A stretch of 64,000 nucleotides of DNA from Candidatus Eiseniibacteriota bacterium (GCA_965224245.1 OZ245046.1:5120001-5184000), one strand, 5' to 3'. Positions 30,502 through 40,507 are shown, numbered from the stretch's first letter. The notes: generated by a model from the sequence alone, not told the origin. Made by a program: numbers and translations.

Positions 30502-30561
30502 TCGGCCCGATCGCGTCGATCGACTCGATCGTGTCGATCGGCTCGATCGCGTCGATCGTCT
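30499..30561. repeat. 9-bp tandem repeat x7, each unit containing GATC (six with CGATCG)
   Basis: tGATCGgcc CGATCGcgt CGATCGact CGATCGtgt CGATCGgct CGATCGcgt CGATCGtct. Confidence 0.85.
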
Positions 30562-30643
30562 CCTCCGACGGTCGATCGGGGATCGGCAGCGGGGCGGATC
30601 CCCCGGAAGCACCATCGCACATCGATATCAGGAGGAAGACGTC

Positions 30644-31294
30644 ATGAAGCGGATCGTGATCGTATCGTGCATTGTGGCGGTGGCGGTGGCGAGCTTCGGG
30701 TGTTCGTCCAAGAAGGGCACCGGCGCGCTGATCGGTGCCGGGGCCGGTGCCGCGGCCGGGGCGGCGATCGGGAACAACAACGGCAACACCGCTCTCGGCG
30801 CGATCATCGGCGCCGCGGTCGGCGGTGCGGCCGGCGCCGCGATCGGCTCCTACATGGACAACCAGGCCGAGGAGCTCGAGCAGATCCCCGGCGCGCGCGT
30901 CGAGCGCGTCGGCGAGGGCATTCACATCGTGTTCGACTCGGGCATCCTGTTCGCGGTGGATTCGTCCGACCTGACCGGTGAGGCGAAGGGCAACCTCGGG
31001 CGCATGGCGACCGTGCTCAACAAGTACCCCGACACCGAGCTGCGCATCGAGGGCCACACCGACAGCACCGGCGAGGACGCGTACAATCAGGCGCTGTCGC
31101 GGCGTCGCGCGCAGTCGGTCAAGAGCTACCTAGGCGCGAACGCCGTGCGCTCGGCCCGCATGGTCACGTTCGGCTACGGCGAGTCCGCGCCGGCGGCCGA
31201 CAACTCGACGTCGGCCGGACGGGCCCAGAACCGCCGCGTCGAGGTGGCCATCGTGGCCAACGACGAGCTGAAGGAGCGCTACGGCGCGGGCTAG
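30644..31294 (+). CDS. OmpA family lipoprotein with glycine zipper
   Basis: AGGAGG RBS; lipobox SFGC; GALIGAGAGAAAGAAIG zipper; GHTDSTG…NQALSRRRA…NRRVE. Confidence 0.93.
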   Translation: MKRIVIVSCIVAVAVASFGCSSKKGTGALIGAGAGAAAGAAIGNNNGNTALGAIIGAAVGGAAGAAIGSYMDNQAEELEQIPGARVERVGEGIHIVFDSGILFAVDSSDLTGEAKGNLGRMATVLNKYPDTELRIEGHTDSTGEDAYNQALSRRRAQSVKSYLGANAVRSARMVTFGYGESAPAADNSTSAGRAQNRRVEVAIVANDELKERYGAG

Positions 31295-31311
31295 CACGTC
31301 GCTGTTCCGAG

Positions 31312-31354
31312 ATCCGTCCGGGTGACCCATCCTCTCGCGTCACCCGGGCGGGAT
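31312..31354 (+). terminator. Probable intrinsic terminator after the OmpA lipoprotein gene
   Basis: CCGTCCGGGTGAC … GTCACCCGGGCGG stem followed by GATTT. Confidence 0.55.
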
Positions 31355-31367
31355 TTGCGAGCTGGAC

Positions 31368-31388
31368 GTCACATCTCTGTCACATCTC
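31368..31388 (+). promoter_or_regulatory. OmpR/PhoB-type tandem direct-repeat box
   Basis: GTCACATCTCT-GTCACATCTC, 11-bp period, upstream of the Spy/CpxP-like gene. Confidence 0.6.
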
Positions 31389-31514
31389 GAGCGTACAACT
31401 CACCGACGACGGGGGAGGGAGGACCCTCCATCCCCGGCGCCTCGCGTACAACGAGTACAACGAGACGGTGGATCGGTGGCGGTGCCGCCGGTCCCGCTGA
31501 CAGGAGAGCCCACG

Positions 31515-32738
31515 ATGCGACGATCCACTCCACTCACCATGCTGGCGACGCTCGCCACGGCCGCTACGTTTGCGCTCGCGACCCAGGGCTGTGACGAGTC
31601 CGACGCCGATTCGGCCGTGTCGCCGGTCGATGCCGATCGGCTCGGCCAGTCGTCCTCCGCGGCGATCGGCGCGCCCGCGCTGCCGACGCTGGCCGATCTG
31701 GACGCGCGCCTCGACCTGTCCGACACGCAGGAGACCGCGCTGGCCGCGCTGCTGGCCGACTGGGCCGAGACGCGGGACGCTCGCGGTCCACGTGGCCCAC
31801 GCGGTGATCGACCGCACGACGGTGGTCCCGGCTACGGACGTCGGGCTCGCGCCGGCGGAGCGGACTGCCCGACCGATGATGCCATGCTCCGCCGTGGTCG
31901 CCGCGACGGTTGCGGCGAAGGTCGACCCGACGGGGCCGGGGGTCAGGGAGGTCCCGGACAGGGCCTCGGAAGTCCCGGCCACGAACGTCCGATGGTGACG
32001 TTCCTGACCGGCTCGGCTCCGGTGCTGAGCGACGCGCAGATGCTCGCACTCGTCACGTTCCTGGTGGAGTGGCGCGACGCGGCTCGCGACGAGTTCGAGG
32101 GCACGGGTCCCGGCTCTGGACACGGCGGCCCCGGCCGCGGCGGTCCCGGTCGGATGCTCCTCCTCGGAGGCTCGCTCCGCGACCTCGAGCTGACCGCCGA
32201 CCAGCGCACGGCCGTGCGCGAGCTCGTGTCGACGTCGGCCGAGGCGTTGCGGGAACTCCTCGAGAGCGTCGCGAACGACGCGATCACCGCCGAGGCGCTG
32301 CGCGACGCCGCCAAGGCCGTGTCCGCCGAGTTCGACACCGCGCTCGCGGATCTGATCGGCGCCGAGGCGTTCGCGACCGTTCTCGAGTCGCGCCTGGAAC
32401 ACCTGGCCACGATGGCCGAGCACCGGATCGATCGACTCGACGACATGGCCGAGCGTCGCCTCGAGCATCTCACGGCGATCCTGGAGCTGGACGAGGACCA
32501 GGTCGCGTCGGTGGGCGCGATCCTCGAGGCCGCGGTGGCGAGCATGGCCGCGACGCTCCAGTCGCTGGCCGACGGCTCGATCGATCAGTGGGACGCGATG
32601 TATGCGGCCTACGTGACCGCGAACGAGGTCGCCGAGTCCATCGCGCAGGTTCTCGACACCACTCGGGCGGAGCTCTTCGCCGCACTCCGGGATCTCGTCC
32701 CGATGCACGGGGGACCCGGTCCGCGCGGACGGCTCTGA
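31515..32738 (+). CDS. Lipoprotein with multiple Spy/CpxP-like LTxxQ helical repeats
   Basis: AGGAG RBS; lipobox TQGC; motifs LDLSDTQ, LSDAQ, LELTADQ, LELDEDQ; Gly/Pro/Arg-rich linkers. Confidence 0.7.
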   Translation: MRRSTPLTMLATLATAATFALATQGCDESDADSAVSPVDADRLGQSSSAAIGAPALPTLADLDARLDLSDTQETALAALLADWAETRDARGPRGPRGDRPHDGGPGYGRRARAGGADCPTDDAMLRRGRRDGCGEGRPDGAGGQGGPGQGLGSPGHERPMVTFLTGSAPVLSDAQMLALVTFLVEWRDAARDEFEGTGPGSGHGGPGRGGPGRMLLLGGSLRDLELTADQRTAVRELVSTSAEALRELLESVANDAITAEALRDAAKAVSAEFDTALADLIGAEAFATVLESRLEHLATMAEHRIDRLDDMAERRLEHLTAILELDEDQVASVGAILEAAVASMAATLQSLADGSIDQWDAMYAAYVTANEVAESIAQVLDTTRAELFAALRDLVPMHGGPGPRGRL

Positions 32739-33126
32739 GCCGAACCCAGGACGCCCAGCCCCCGATCCCCGGGCGCCGCGGCGCCATCGACCTCCGGGTC
32801 GGTGGCGCCGCCTTTCGTCATGAAGGCCGACGCGGCGCGGAGATCCCCGTCGGGGCCGTTTGATCCCTGCACGGCGCGCAGTGATAATGTCGCTGGTACC
32901 CTCATCCGGACGAGCGAAACGGGTCCGTGCAGATCACGCGTGTCCTGACGAAGGTTCGGCGGCGATGCCGGTGCCCTCGAGCGCCCGTGCTCCCCCTCGT
33001 GGACGACGAGCGAGCCGATTCCGTCGAGGACGAGGCAGCCCGTGCGCGATCGGGAGCTCGTGACCCCGAGTGAGTGCTCGAGGAGGCCGAGACAAACGGA
33101 CCGTGCGAGGGAGGTGGGAGCGCCCC

Positions 33127-33732
33127 GTGTCGTCGTATCGCACGCTGGGCTCGGAGAGCCGACTCGAGATTCCGAAGATCAAGGGCTCTCGCTTCATCGC
33201 CACCTGCGTCCCGGTGGCCGACGCCACCGGGGCGAGCGTGGCGCTCGAGCGGATCCGCCGGGAGCTGTACGACGCCCGTCACCACTGCTCGGCCTATCGC
33301 CTGGGGCGCTCGACCGACGTGTTCCGCGCCGACGACGACGGCGAGCCCTCGGGATCGGCCGGCCGTCCCATCCTGCGTGAGATCGACGCACGCGATCTGG
33401 TCGACACGCTCGTGATCGTGACACGCTACTTCGGCGGGACGAAGCTCGGGGTGGGTGGGCTCGTTCGCGCGTACGGGTCGGCCGCCGGAGCGGCGCTCGA
33501 TGCCGCGGATGTGCGCACGATCGTCATCACGCAGCGCGTGACGGTCCGGCACGCCTACGAGCTCTCGAGCGCGATCGCGGCGGCTCTGGCCACGACCGGC
33601 CACCAGCCGGTGGCCGTGGAGTACCTGGAGGTCGTCACGCTGGCGTTCGACATCCCGGTCGGGGACGTCGAGCGCTTTCGCACCGAGGTCGTGAACCGCA
33701 CGGCGGGACAGGTCGAGATCGACGTCGCGTGA
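33127..33732 (+). CDS. YigZ/IMPACT family protein
   Basis: IKGSRFIA, ARHHCSAY, DDGEPSGSAGRPIL, VTRYFGGTKLGVGGLVRAY. Confidence 0.93.
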   Translation: MSSYRTLGSESRLEIPKIKGSRFIATCVPVADATGASVALERIRRELYDARHHCSAYRLGRSTDVFRADDDGEPSGSAGRPILREIDARDLVDTLVIVTRYFGGTKLGVGGLVRAYGSAAGAALDAADVRTIVITQRVTVRHAYELSSAIAAALATTGHQPVAVEYLEVVTLAFDIPVGDVERFRTEVVNRTAGQVEIDVA

Positions 33733-33864
33733 TCGGCCACGCGGGCGCACCACGACCGACCCCACGGCGGAGCCTGGTACGCGCTCACGCCGTGCGGTAA
33801 CCTCCACGCTCGCGTCCGCACGTTCAGCGTTTCGTGCGCTTGCACCCGATGTTGCGAGAGGCCG

Positions 33865-34689
33865 ATGTCGATCTCGTTCTCAGAGCGCCTCGATCACGCG
33901 ATCACGTCACGGAAGAGCCATCTCTGCATCGGGCTCGACCCCAACCCCGAGCGGATGGCCATTCCCGACGTCACGGCGTTCAATCGCGCCATCGTGACCG
34001 CGACCGCGGACGCGGCCTGCGCCTACAAGCTCCAGCTCGCGTTCTACGAGGCCGGCGGGTCGGACGGCATTCGCAGCCTCGAGGAGACGGTCGCGTTCAT
34101 CCGCACGGAGGCGCCCGGCGTCCTCGTGATCGGCGACGGGAAGCGGGGTGACATCGGATCCACCGCGACCGCGTACGCGAGGGCCATGTTCGAGACGTGG
34201 GGTTTCGACGCGGCCACCGTCAACGCCTACCAGGGACGCGACGCGATCGAGCCGTTCCTCGCGTACGAGGGACGCGGCGCGTTCGTCCTCTGCCGGACGT
34301 CCAATCCCAGCTCGACCGAGCTCCAGGAGCTCTCCGTGTCGCGCGACGGCCAGCCGGTGCTGCTCTACCGGCACGTGGCCGAGCTCTGCGAGACGTGGTC
34401 GGCGGGTCGGGGCAACGTGGGGCTCGTCGTGGGGGCGACGGCGCCCGAACGGCTGGAGGAGCTGCGCGATCGTCACCCCGAGATGCCGTTCCTGGTCCCC
34501 GGCATCGGCGCGCAGGGGGGCGACGTGACGCGCGTGATGCGCGTGGCCGCCAGCGCGGCCGGACGCGGGGTGATCCTCAACTCGTCGCGTCAGATCCTCT
34601 ACGCGTCGAGCGACCCCGACACGTTCGCGAATGCCGCGCGCCGCGTCGCGCTGGCCACGCGCGAGGAGATCACGCGCGCGCTCGGCTGA
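33865..34689 (+). CDS. pyrF: Orotidine-5'-phosphate decarboxylase
   Basis: LCIGLDP, DGKRGDIGST, RTSNP, GLVVGAT, LVPGIGAQGG, NSSRQI. Confidence 0.95.
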   Translation: MSISFSERLDHAITSRKSHLCIGLDPNPERMAIPDVTAFNRAIVTATADAACAYKLQLAFYEAGGSDGIRSLEETVAFIRTEAPGVLVIGDGKRGDIGSTATAYARAMFETWGFDAATVNAYQGRDAIEPFLAYEGRGAFVLCRTSNPSSTELQELSVSRDGQPVLLYRHVAELCETWSAGRGNVGLVVGATAPERLEELRDRHPEMPFLVPGIGAQGGDVTRVMRVAASAAGRGVILNSSRQILYASSDPDTFANAARRVALATREEITRALG

Positions 34690-34772
34690 CGACACTCACC
34701 GTCACGCGGAAGGTGTCGGCCGGGCGCTCGCGCGGCGCTCGCCGGCGAGGCGCCGGCTCCGGGTCGATCCGT

Positions 34773-35450
34773 TCAGAGTCCCGCCGCCCTCAGCGCGGAG
34801 CCGTCGCCCGTCTCGAGCGCGGGGACCAGCTCGCAGAGCCGCTTCTTCAACGCGAGCCGGGCGCGGTTGACGCGGCTTCGCACCGTGCCGCCCGGGATCG
34901 CGAGCACGTCGGCGATCTCGCCGTACGCGAGGCCCTGCAGATCGCGCAGCACGAGGATCTCCCGATGATGGGGGGCGAGGTCCTCGATGGCGCCGCGCAC
35001 GAGCGCCGCGGTGTCGCCGCGACTGACCGTCTCGTCCGCCAGCGGTCCGTCGTCCTCGAGCTGGAACGTGTACCCGTCGTTCATGCCGGTGACCGGGTCG
35101 ATCGGCATCGATGCGCCCTGCCGTTTCACGCGGCGCAGCTCGTTGCGTGCGATGTTCAACGCGATCGTGTGCAGCCAGGTCGTGAAGCGAGCCGTCGCGC
35201 GGTACCTCCGGCGATGGCGGAAGACACGCACGAAGACCTCCTGGCTGAGCTCCTCGGCCCGATCGCGGTCGCGCACGACCCGCGCGATCAGGTTGATCAC
35301 GTGGGCGCCGTGACGATCGACCAGCGCCCGAAACGCCGCGTCGGAGTCCTCGGCGCAGAGGGCCATGAGCTCCTCGTCGCTCGTGGTCGAGAAATCGAAA
35401 CGCCGCTCGCGCGCCGGGGCGCGTGGGATGGCGAGAATGTTGTCGCTCAT
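34773..35450 (-). CDS. ECF sigma-70 family factor (paralog 1)
   Basis: Region 2 AEELSQEVF…FTTWLHTIALN; region 4 LRDLQGLAYGEIA…GTVRSRVNRAR; AAGGAG RBS. Confidence 0.93.
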   Translation of the reverse strand: MSDNILAIPRAPARERRFDFSTTSDEELMALCAEDSDAAFRALVDRHGAHVINLIARVVRDRDRAEELSQEVFVRVFRHRRRYRATARFTTWLHTIALNIARNELRRVKRQGASMPIDPVTGMNDGYTFQLEDDGPLADETVSRGDTAALVRGAIEDLAPHHREILVLRDLQGLAYGEIADVLAIPGGTVRSRVNRARLALKKRLCELVPALETGDGSALRAAGL

Positions 35451-35496
35451 GACAGGCTCCTTGTGTCGAGGTGGAGTGCCTCGCCGTCACGAGGTA

Positions 35497-35511
35497 TCAA
35501 GGGGCGTGCCG
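35497..35511 (-). promoter_or_regulatory. Possible sigma54-like promoter variant upstream of ECF paralog 1
   Basis: Minus strand CGGCACG-CCCC-TTGA (GG-N10-GA rather than GG-N10-GC), with an AT-rich tract at ~35527-35553. Confidence 0.35.
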
Positions 35512-35733
35512 AAAGCCGGCCAAGGTCGTAAATAGCTGTAAATATGGTATTTAGGGAACCGGAAGCGAACAAGCGTCGAACGGCGGTTCGCATCGTTGCA
35601 TCACCTGCGTGTGACGCGGATGCCACAGGTGGGGCGGGGATGCGATGCCGGCCGCGCGGGTCCCGGAAGGACCTCCGCCCGCCTCTTCACAGCGGGAGAA
35701 CGAGCAGGGGACGGAGGTCCGGGAGTCCGGTGG

Positions 35734-37056
35734 CTACGGCAGCACGGTGAGGCGGCGTGTCGTGGTCAGACCGGTGGTCGAGACCCGCACGAAGTACACG
35801 CCCGGGCTCACCGACCGACCCCGGTCATCGAGCCCGTTCCAGACCACGGACCGTGCGCCGGCGTCCTCGACGCGGTCGATCAGCGTCCGGTGACGGCGGC
35901 CCGCGACGTCGTAGACGCCGAGCGAGACGCGGCCGGCCTCGGCCAGCACATACGAGATCTCCGCGCCGGCGCGCGTCGGGTTGGGCGCCATGCGCGAGAT
36001 GTCGACCGGCGGGACCGACACGTCACCGACACTCACGACGGCGTCCAGGTCGACGCGGAAGCCTCGGATCGCGAAGGAGGGGTCGAAGCCCCAGCCGACG
36101 ATCACGCGTCCGTCCGCGGAGACGCCGGTGGCGGTGGCGAGCGTCCAGCCCTCGGCCCCGGTGATGCCCTCGGCCGCTAGATAGTCGTCGAGGCGCTGCA
36201 GCCCCGCGCCCTCGATCCAGATGAACGCGGCACGGTCTCCACCGAAGCCGGACCAGCCCACGATGACCGAGCCGTCGTCGCTCACGTCGGTCGCGCTCGA
36301 GCGCCAGTTGAAGCCCGCGAGGCCGCCGATCGACTCCACGGCCGATCCGCCGATCCAGCGGTAGGCGTCCGAGGTGGCGGTGCTGCCGCCCACGACGACC
36401 GAGCCGTCCGGCGTGGCCGCCTGCGCCTCGCCCACCGGGATCGAGGACGCGTCGACCAGCAACGTCTGCACGCCGTCGACCCAGATCGCCCCCTGACGGA
36501 AGCCGTCGCTGGCATCCTGCCAGCCCACGATGACCGTTCCGTCCGCGGAAACGTTGTTGGCCCGCGAGCTGCGGTCGGCGACCGTGCTGCCCAGATCGAC
36601 CCAGCCGGTGCTCTCTTCCCAGGCGATCGCGTGCGCGCGGCAGCCCGGCACCCAGCCGAGTCCGACGATCGCGGAGCCGTCGCCGTCGACGCCCCACGCG
36701 CTGCTCAGGAACGCGTCGCACGAGGCGCCGCCGGGCACGAGGCCGAGGCTCGTCCATCCGTCGACACGGTTCCACCGGGCGGCGGTCTGGAGGCCGCCGT
36801 CGTCGATCGTGCCCACGACGGTCTGCCCGTCGTCGGTGATTCCCGAGCCCTCGAGACCGCCGATCAGCTCCACACCGCCCGACGCGGTCCAGAGAAACGC
36901 CTGGCCGGTCGATGTGGACGTGCCGACCACGGTGTCGCCGTCGGGCGTGCAGCCGTCGGGGAACAGGTTCAATCCGAGGTCTTCGAAGGGTGTGGCCGCC
37001 ACGGTCGTCGGGAGGATCCAGACGGCGGCGATCGAGAGGATCATACGAGCTTTCAT
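35734..37056 (-). CDS. Secreted HAF-repeat protein with FlgD-Ig/T9SS-A-like tail
   Basis: Signal peptide MKARMILSIAAVWILPTTVAA; repeats A..VS.DG.VIVG…AF.W; tail PNPT…WNGLD…GVYFVRV; AGGAG RBS. Confidence 0.88.
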   Translation of the reverse strand: MKARMILSIAAVWILPTTVAATPFEDLGLNLFPDGCTPDGDTVVGTSTSTGQAFLWTASGGVELIGGLEGSGITDDGQTVVGTIDDGGLQTAARWNRVDGWTSLGLVPGGASCDAFLSSAWGVDGDGSAIVGLGWVPGCRAHAIAWEESTGWVDLGSTVADRSSRANNVSADGTVIVGWQDASDGFRQGAIWVDGVQTLLVDASSIPVGEAQAATPDGSVVVGGSTATSDAYRWIGGSAVESIGGLAGFNWRSSATDVSDDGSVIVGWSGFGGDRAAFIWIEGAGLQRLDDYLAAEGITGAEGWTLATATGVSADGRVIVGWGFDPSFAIRGFRVDLDAVVSVGDVSVPPVDISRMAPNPTRAGAEISYVLAEAGRVSLGVYDVAGRRHRTLIDRVEDAGARSVVWNGLDDRGRSVSPGVYFVRVSTTGLTTTRRLTVLP

Positions 37057-37174
37057 CGCGTGACTCCTGAGACGCGGAGTCCTCGGCGTCTGGACTCCGC
37101 GCCGGTTGTGGGCCGCGCGCGCTGACCGAGGTGTCCGGCCACCGCGCTCGCCAGAGAGCGTAGCACAACTTCCC

Positions 37175-37215
37175 AAGAACTCCGAGAATTCTCTAAGAGA
37201 ATTTCCAGAGTTCTT
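37175..37215. promoter_or_regulatory. 41-bp AT-rich imperfect palindrome in a divergent intergenic region (probable operator)
   Basis: AAGAACTCCGAGAATTCTC-TAA-GAGAATTTCCAGAGTTCTT; arms pair at 16 of 19 positions. Confidence 0.65.
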
Positions 37216-37329
37216 TTTCCGAGATCCCGACGCGTGTGTTACGCTCGGCGGCGCGGGCGGACGGAGGTCCGTGATCGCCGCAAGCGATTGAACCAAAATC
37301 GATTGAAATCCAACCCAGGGAGACGTCAC

Positions 37330-38586
37330 GTGACCGACGCCGGGCTCTCGGCCACTCGGCCGGCCTCCGACGCCGACATCGATGCCCAGATCAAGACGGT
37401 GGCCGAGGACCTCCGCGAGACCCTGAGCGCGGTCGCGGTGGGGGTCACCGGCGCCGCGATCCGCCCGGCCCGCCTGGTTCGAGATCTCGGCATCGACAAG
37501 AGCCTCGCCAGCCGCCTCGCACGCGGGCTCCGGGCGTCGACCGCGTACGAACTCATCCACTTCCTGCCGGCACCCACCGGGCTCCGGATCTACCTCCGCG
37601 CGGCCGCGCAGGCGGGAGTCCCGCGTGCGCTGACCGCCCGCGCGGAGCGCGCGGTCGACGCGTTCCAGGCGCTGCTCGATGGGCTCCCCGGCGGACGAGC
37701 CGCCCTCGACACGCTGATCTCGGCGTCGGTCGCCGAGGTTCGAGACCGGAGCGAGCGCAGCGCGAAGCAGGCCGTCTATCGCGGGATGAGCACGCTCCTC
37801 GGCTTCCACTGCGATGCCATCACGTCGACGCTGATCTTCTTCCCGTCCGAGCGGTCCGACCGCGTGGATGCCGTCGAGGTCAGCCAGCGACGCGGCATCC
37901 GCCGGCTGCGACCGAGCACGCCGGTCGCGCTGTTCAGCGTCGCCATGGATGTGAAGGGCGAGGCGGACGGCGAGCTACCCGTTCTGGAGACGATCGACGG
38001 CGGGCGCAACGTCCGGGATCCCCGGCGCTACCTGCTGCCGGGTCACTCGAGCGATCCGCTACCGGATCTCGACCTCATCGAGGAGAACGGACATCTCGTG
38101 TTCGGACTCTCGGACGACACGATCTCGCTGCACCATCCGGTGACCGTGGCGTCGATCCTCGTCGTGCGGCGTGGCTGGCCACGCTACCGCGATGAGACCG
38201 CGCCCGACGCCGCGCGCACGTACCTCCTGCACTATCCCTGCAAGCGGGTCGTCCGAGAGGTCTACGTCCACGACGAGATCTACGTGGGCGCGAATCCGGA
38301 CGTTCGCTTCGAGTTCCCGAGCCCGAGGGGCTCGCGTACGGCTCGACCCACCGGCAAGGCGGCCCGGCTGAACACGCTCGACGTGGTGTGTCCGATCGAG
38401 CAGCTCGGAGTCGGGATCACGCGCGGGGCGGTCCCCGGTCTGCCCGGACACGCCGAGATGGTCCGCGATGCGTTCGCGCTGGCCGGCCTGGACGCGACGC
38501 GGTTCCGCGGCTACCGCACGGATTTGGCCTACCCGGTCCCGATGACGACGATGGGCTGGTGGATCCCGGTCCCGGAGCGACGCTGA
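37330..38586 (+). CDS. Uncharacterised ~418-aa protein with N-terminal HTH-like motif (putative regulator)
   Basis: RPARLVRDLGIDKSLASRLARGL resembles a helix-turn-helix; GTG 37330 after GGGAG; host-like codon usage. Confidence 0.7.
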   Translation: MTDAGLSATRPASDADIDAQIKTVAEDLRETLSAVAVGVTGAAIRPARLVRDLGIDKSLASRLARGLRASTAYELIHFLPAPTGLRIYLRAAAQAGVPRALTARAERAVDAFQALLDGLPGGRAALDTLISASVAEVRDRSERSAKQAVYRGMSTLLGFHCDAITSTLIFFPSERSDRVDAVEVSQRRGIRRLRPSTPVALFSVAMDVKGEADGELPVLETIDGGRNVRDPRRYLLPGHSSDPLPDLDLIEENGHLVFGLSDDTISLHHPVTVASILVVRRGWPRYRDETAPDAARTYLLHYPCKRVVREVYVHDEIYVGANPDVRFEFPSPRGSRTARPTGKAARLNTLDVVCPIEQLGVGITRGAVPGLPGHAEMVRDAFALAGLDATRFRGYRTDLAYPVPMTTMGWWIPVPERR

Positions 38587-38637
38587 CGACGGCCGCTCCA
38601 CGGAATCGAGATCATCGCCCGAGGGCGAGTGCCAGGC

Positions 38638-39054
38638 TCAGGCCCACGGATCGTAGGTGCCGAAGCTCCACACGTGTCCCTCTAGATCGCGGCACGTGTA
38701 GCCGCGGCCGCCATAGTCCTGGTCCACCAGCGGCAGGATCACGCGCGCGCCCGCGGCGACCGCGCGAGCATGGTGCGCGTCAGCATCGTCCACGACCACG
38801 TACGACGACTGCGTGTTGGCGCCGTCGGGTCCGTCGGGCGGTCGCACGACCTGTCCGAAGGAGTCGTCCAGCGCCGAGCCGAGCATGATCATGCTGTTGC
38901 CGAAGCGAAGCTGCGCGTGGGGCACGGTCCCGTCCGGCCCCGGGACCACGAGATGGCGCTCGAAGCCGAAGGCCTCGCAGAGCCAGTCGATCGCGGCGTG
39001 GGCATCACGATAGCGGATCCCCGGGATGACCCTGGCGTATCCGGACTTGCTCAT
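38638..39054 (-). CDS. VOC/glyoxalase family protein
   Basis: YRDAHAAIDWLCEAFGF, HAQLRFG, DQDYGGRGYTCRDLEGHVWSFGTY. Confidence 0.92.
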   Translation of the reverse strand: MSKSGYARVIPGIRYRDAHAAIDWLCEAFGFERHLVVPGPDGTVPHAQLRFGNSMIMLGSALDDSFGQVVRPPDGPDGANTQSSYVVVDDADAHHARAVAAGARVILPLVDQDYGGRGYTCRDLEGHVWSFGTYDPWA

Positions 39055-39225
39055 GCTGGTCCCTCCTCGCTCACGGGATGCGCGGCGTGCCCCCGCACAG
39101 TAGAGTGCGGACGCGTGTCACGCAGGTGACGTCCCCGGCCGGGGACGATGATCGCCCGAACGGCCCCGGTAGGTCCAGCGGCCCGCGGCGGCGACACGCG
39201 CGCAGGCTCTCGACCCGGAGGTGCG

Positions 39226-40489
39226 GTGAACGACGTCGGGTATCTGATCATCGCCGCCGCGGTTCTCGCGTTCGCGCTCGGGGCCCGTACCCTGTCGCGA
39301 TCGGTCGTCACCGCGCCGATGGCGTTTCTCGTCGTGGGGCTCCTGCTGTCGGAATCGGGGCTCGTGCGGGGCGAAGGTGCCGAGCGCCTGCTGCACGTCC
39401 TCGCCGAGGCGACGCTGGTACTGGTGCTGTTCTCCGACGCCGCCCGGATCGACCTCCTCGCGCTCCGGCGAAAGCACGTGTGGCCGATGCGCATGCTCGT
39501 GATCGGCCTGCCGACTGGCGGTCGTCCTGGGGACGGTGGCCTTTCGCGTGCTGCTGCCGGACTGGTCGGTGTGGTCGGTGGCGCTGCTCGCCGCGATCCT
39601 GGCCCCGACGGATGCGGCCCTGGGGCAGGCCGTCATCACCAACCGCAACGTTCCCGAGCGGGTCCGGCGCGCGCTGACAGTGGAGAGCGGTCTGAACGAC
39701 GGGCTCGCGCTCCCCATCGTCTTGCTTTTCGGCTGTCTCGCGTCCGCGCACGCGGCCGGCGACCAGAACTGGCCGCTGTTCACGCTCGCACAGCTCGCGC
39801 TGGGTCCGGTGGCCGGCGTCGCGGTCGGGTACACCGGGGCCAGGCTCCTTCGAGGCGCGTCCGACCGTGGGGCGACCGATGCGGCGTACGAGGGCATCGT
39901 CGTGCTCGCGCTGGCGGCCCTGGCCTACCTCGCCGCCACGGCGATCGGCGGGAACGGCTTCATCGCGGCGTTCGCGGCCGGTCTCGCGTTCGGTCACGCA
40001 GTCGGTGGCCGGTGCCGGTTCGTCTTCGAGTTCGCCGAGGCCGAGGGCAACGCACTCGTGCTGGTCACGTTCCTGGTGCTCGGCGCGTCGCTCCTGCCCG
40101 ACGCCATCGCGCGCGCCGAGCCGGGCGTGGTCGTGGCCGGGATCGTGAGCCTGGTCGCGGTTCGACCGCTGGCGATCTGGCTGTCACTGCTCGGCACGGA
40201 CGCCGCGCCGATCACGCGACTGTTCTTCGGCTGGTTCGGTCCGCGCGGCCTGGCCTCGGCGCTCTTCGCGCTCCTGATCGTACCGCAGCTGGATGCCGAG
40301 ATGGCCGACGCCGTGCTCGCGGCGGCCGTGCTCGTGGTCGGGATCAGCGCGGTCTTGCACGGCATGACGGCGGCCCCCGCCGCGGTCTGGTACGGACGGC
40401 ACGTGCGTGGCGGCGGCGACCGCCCGGAGACGATGCCGATCGAGTCGAGCGCGATGCCGCTGCGCCACGACGCATCGCGTCGATCCTAG
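39226..40489 (+). pseudogene. CPA1/NhaP-type cation:proton antiporter interrupted by a 1-nt insertion at ~39514
   Basis: 5' part (LAEATLVLVLFSDA…RMLVIGLP) and 3' part (LAPTDAALG, VESGLNDG, GWFGPRGLAS) are in different frames; CTG CCG a CTG GCG restores the frame if the 'a' is removed. Confidence 0.85.
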
Positions 40490-40507
40490 CAGCGCCCCTG
40501 CGGCGCG

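Noticed and set aside
30296-30643. N-terminal extension of the OmpA lipoprotein containing DRVDRL repeats
   Set aside because: A strong AGGAGG RBS and lipoprotein signal begin at ATG 30644. The extension overlaps the kinase gene and merely translates the 9-bp DNA repeat.
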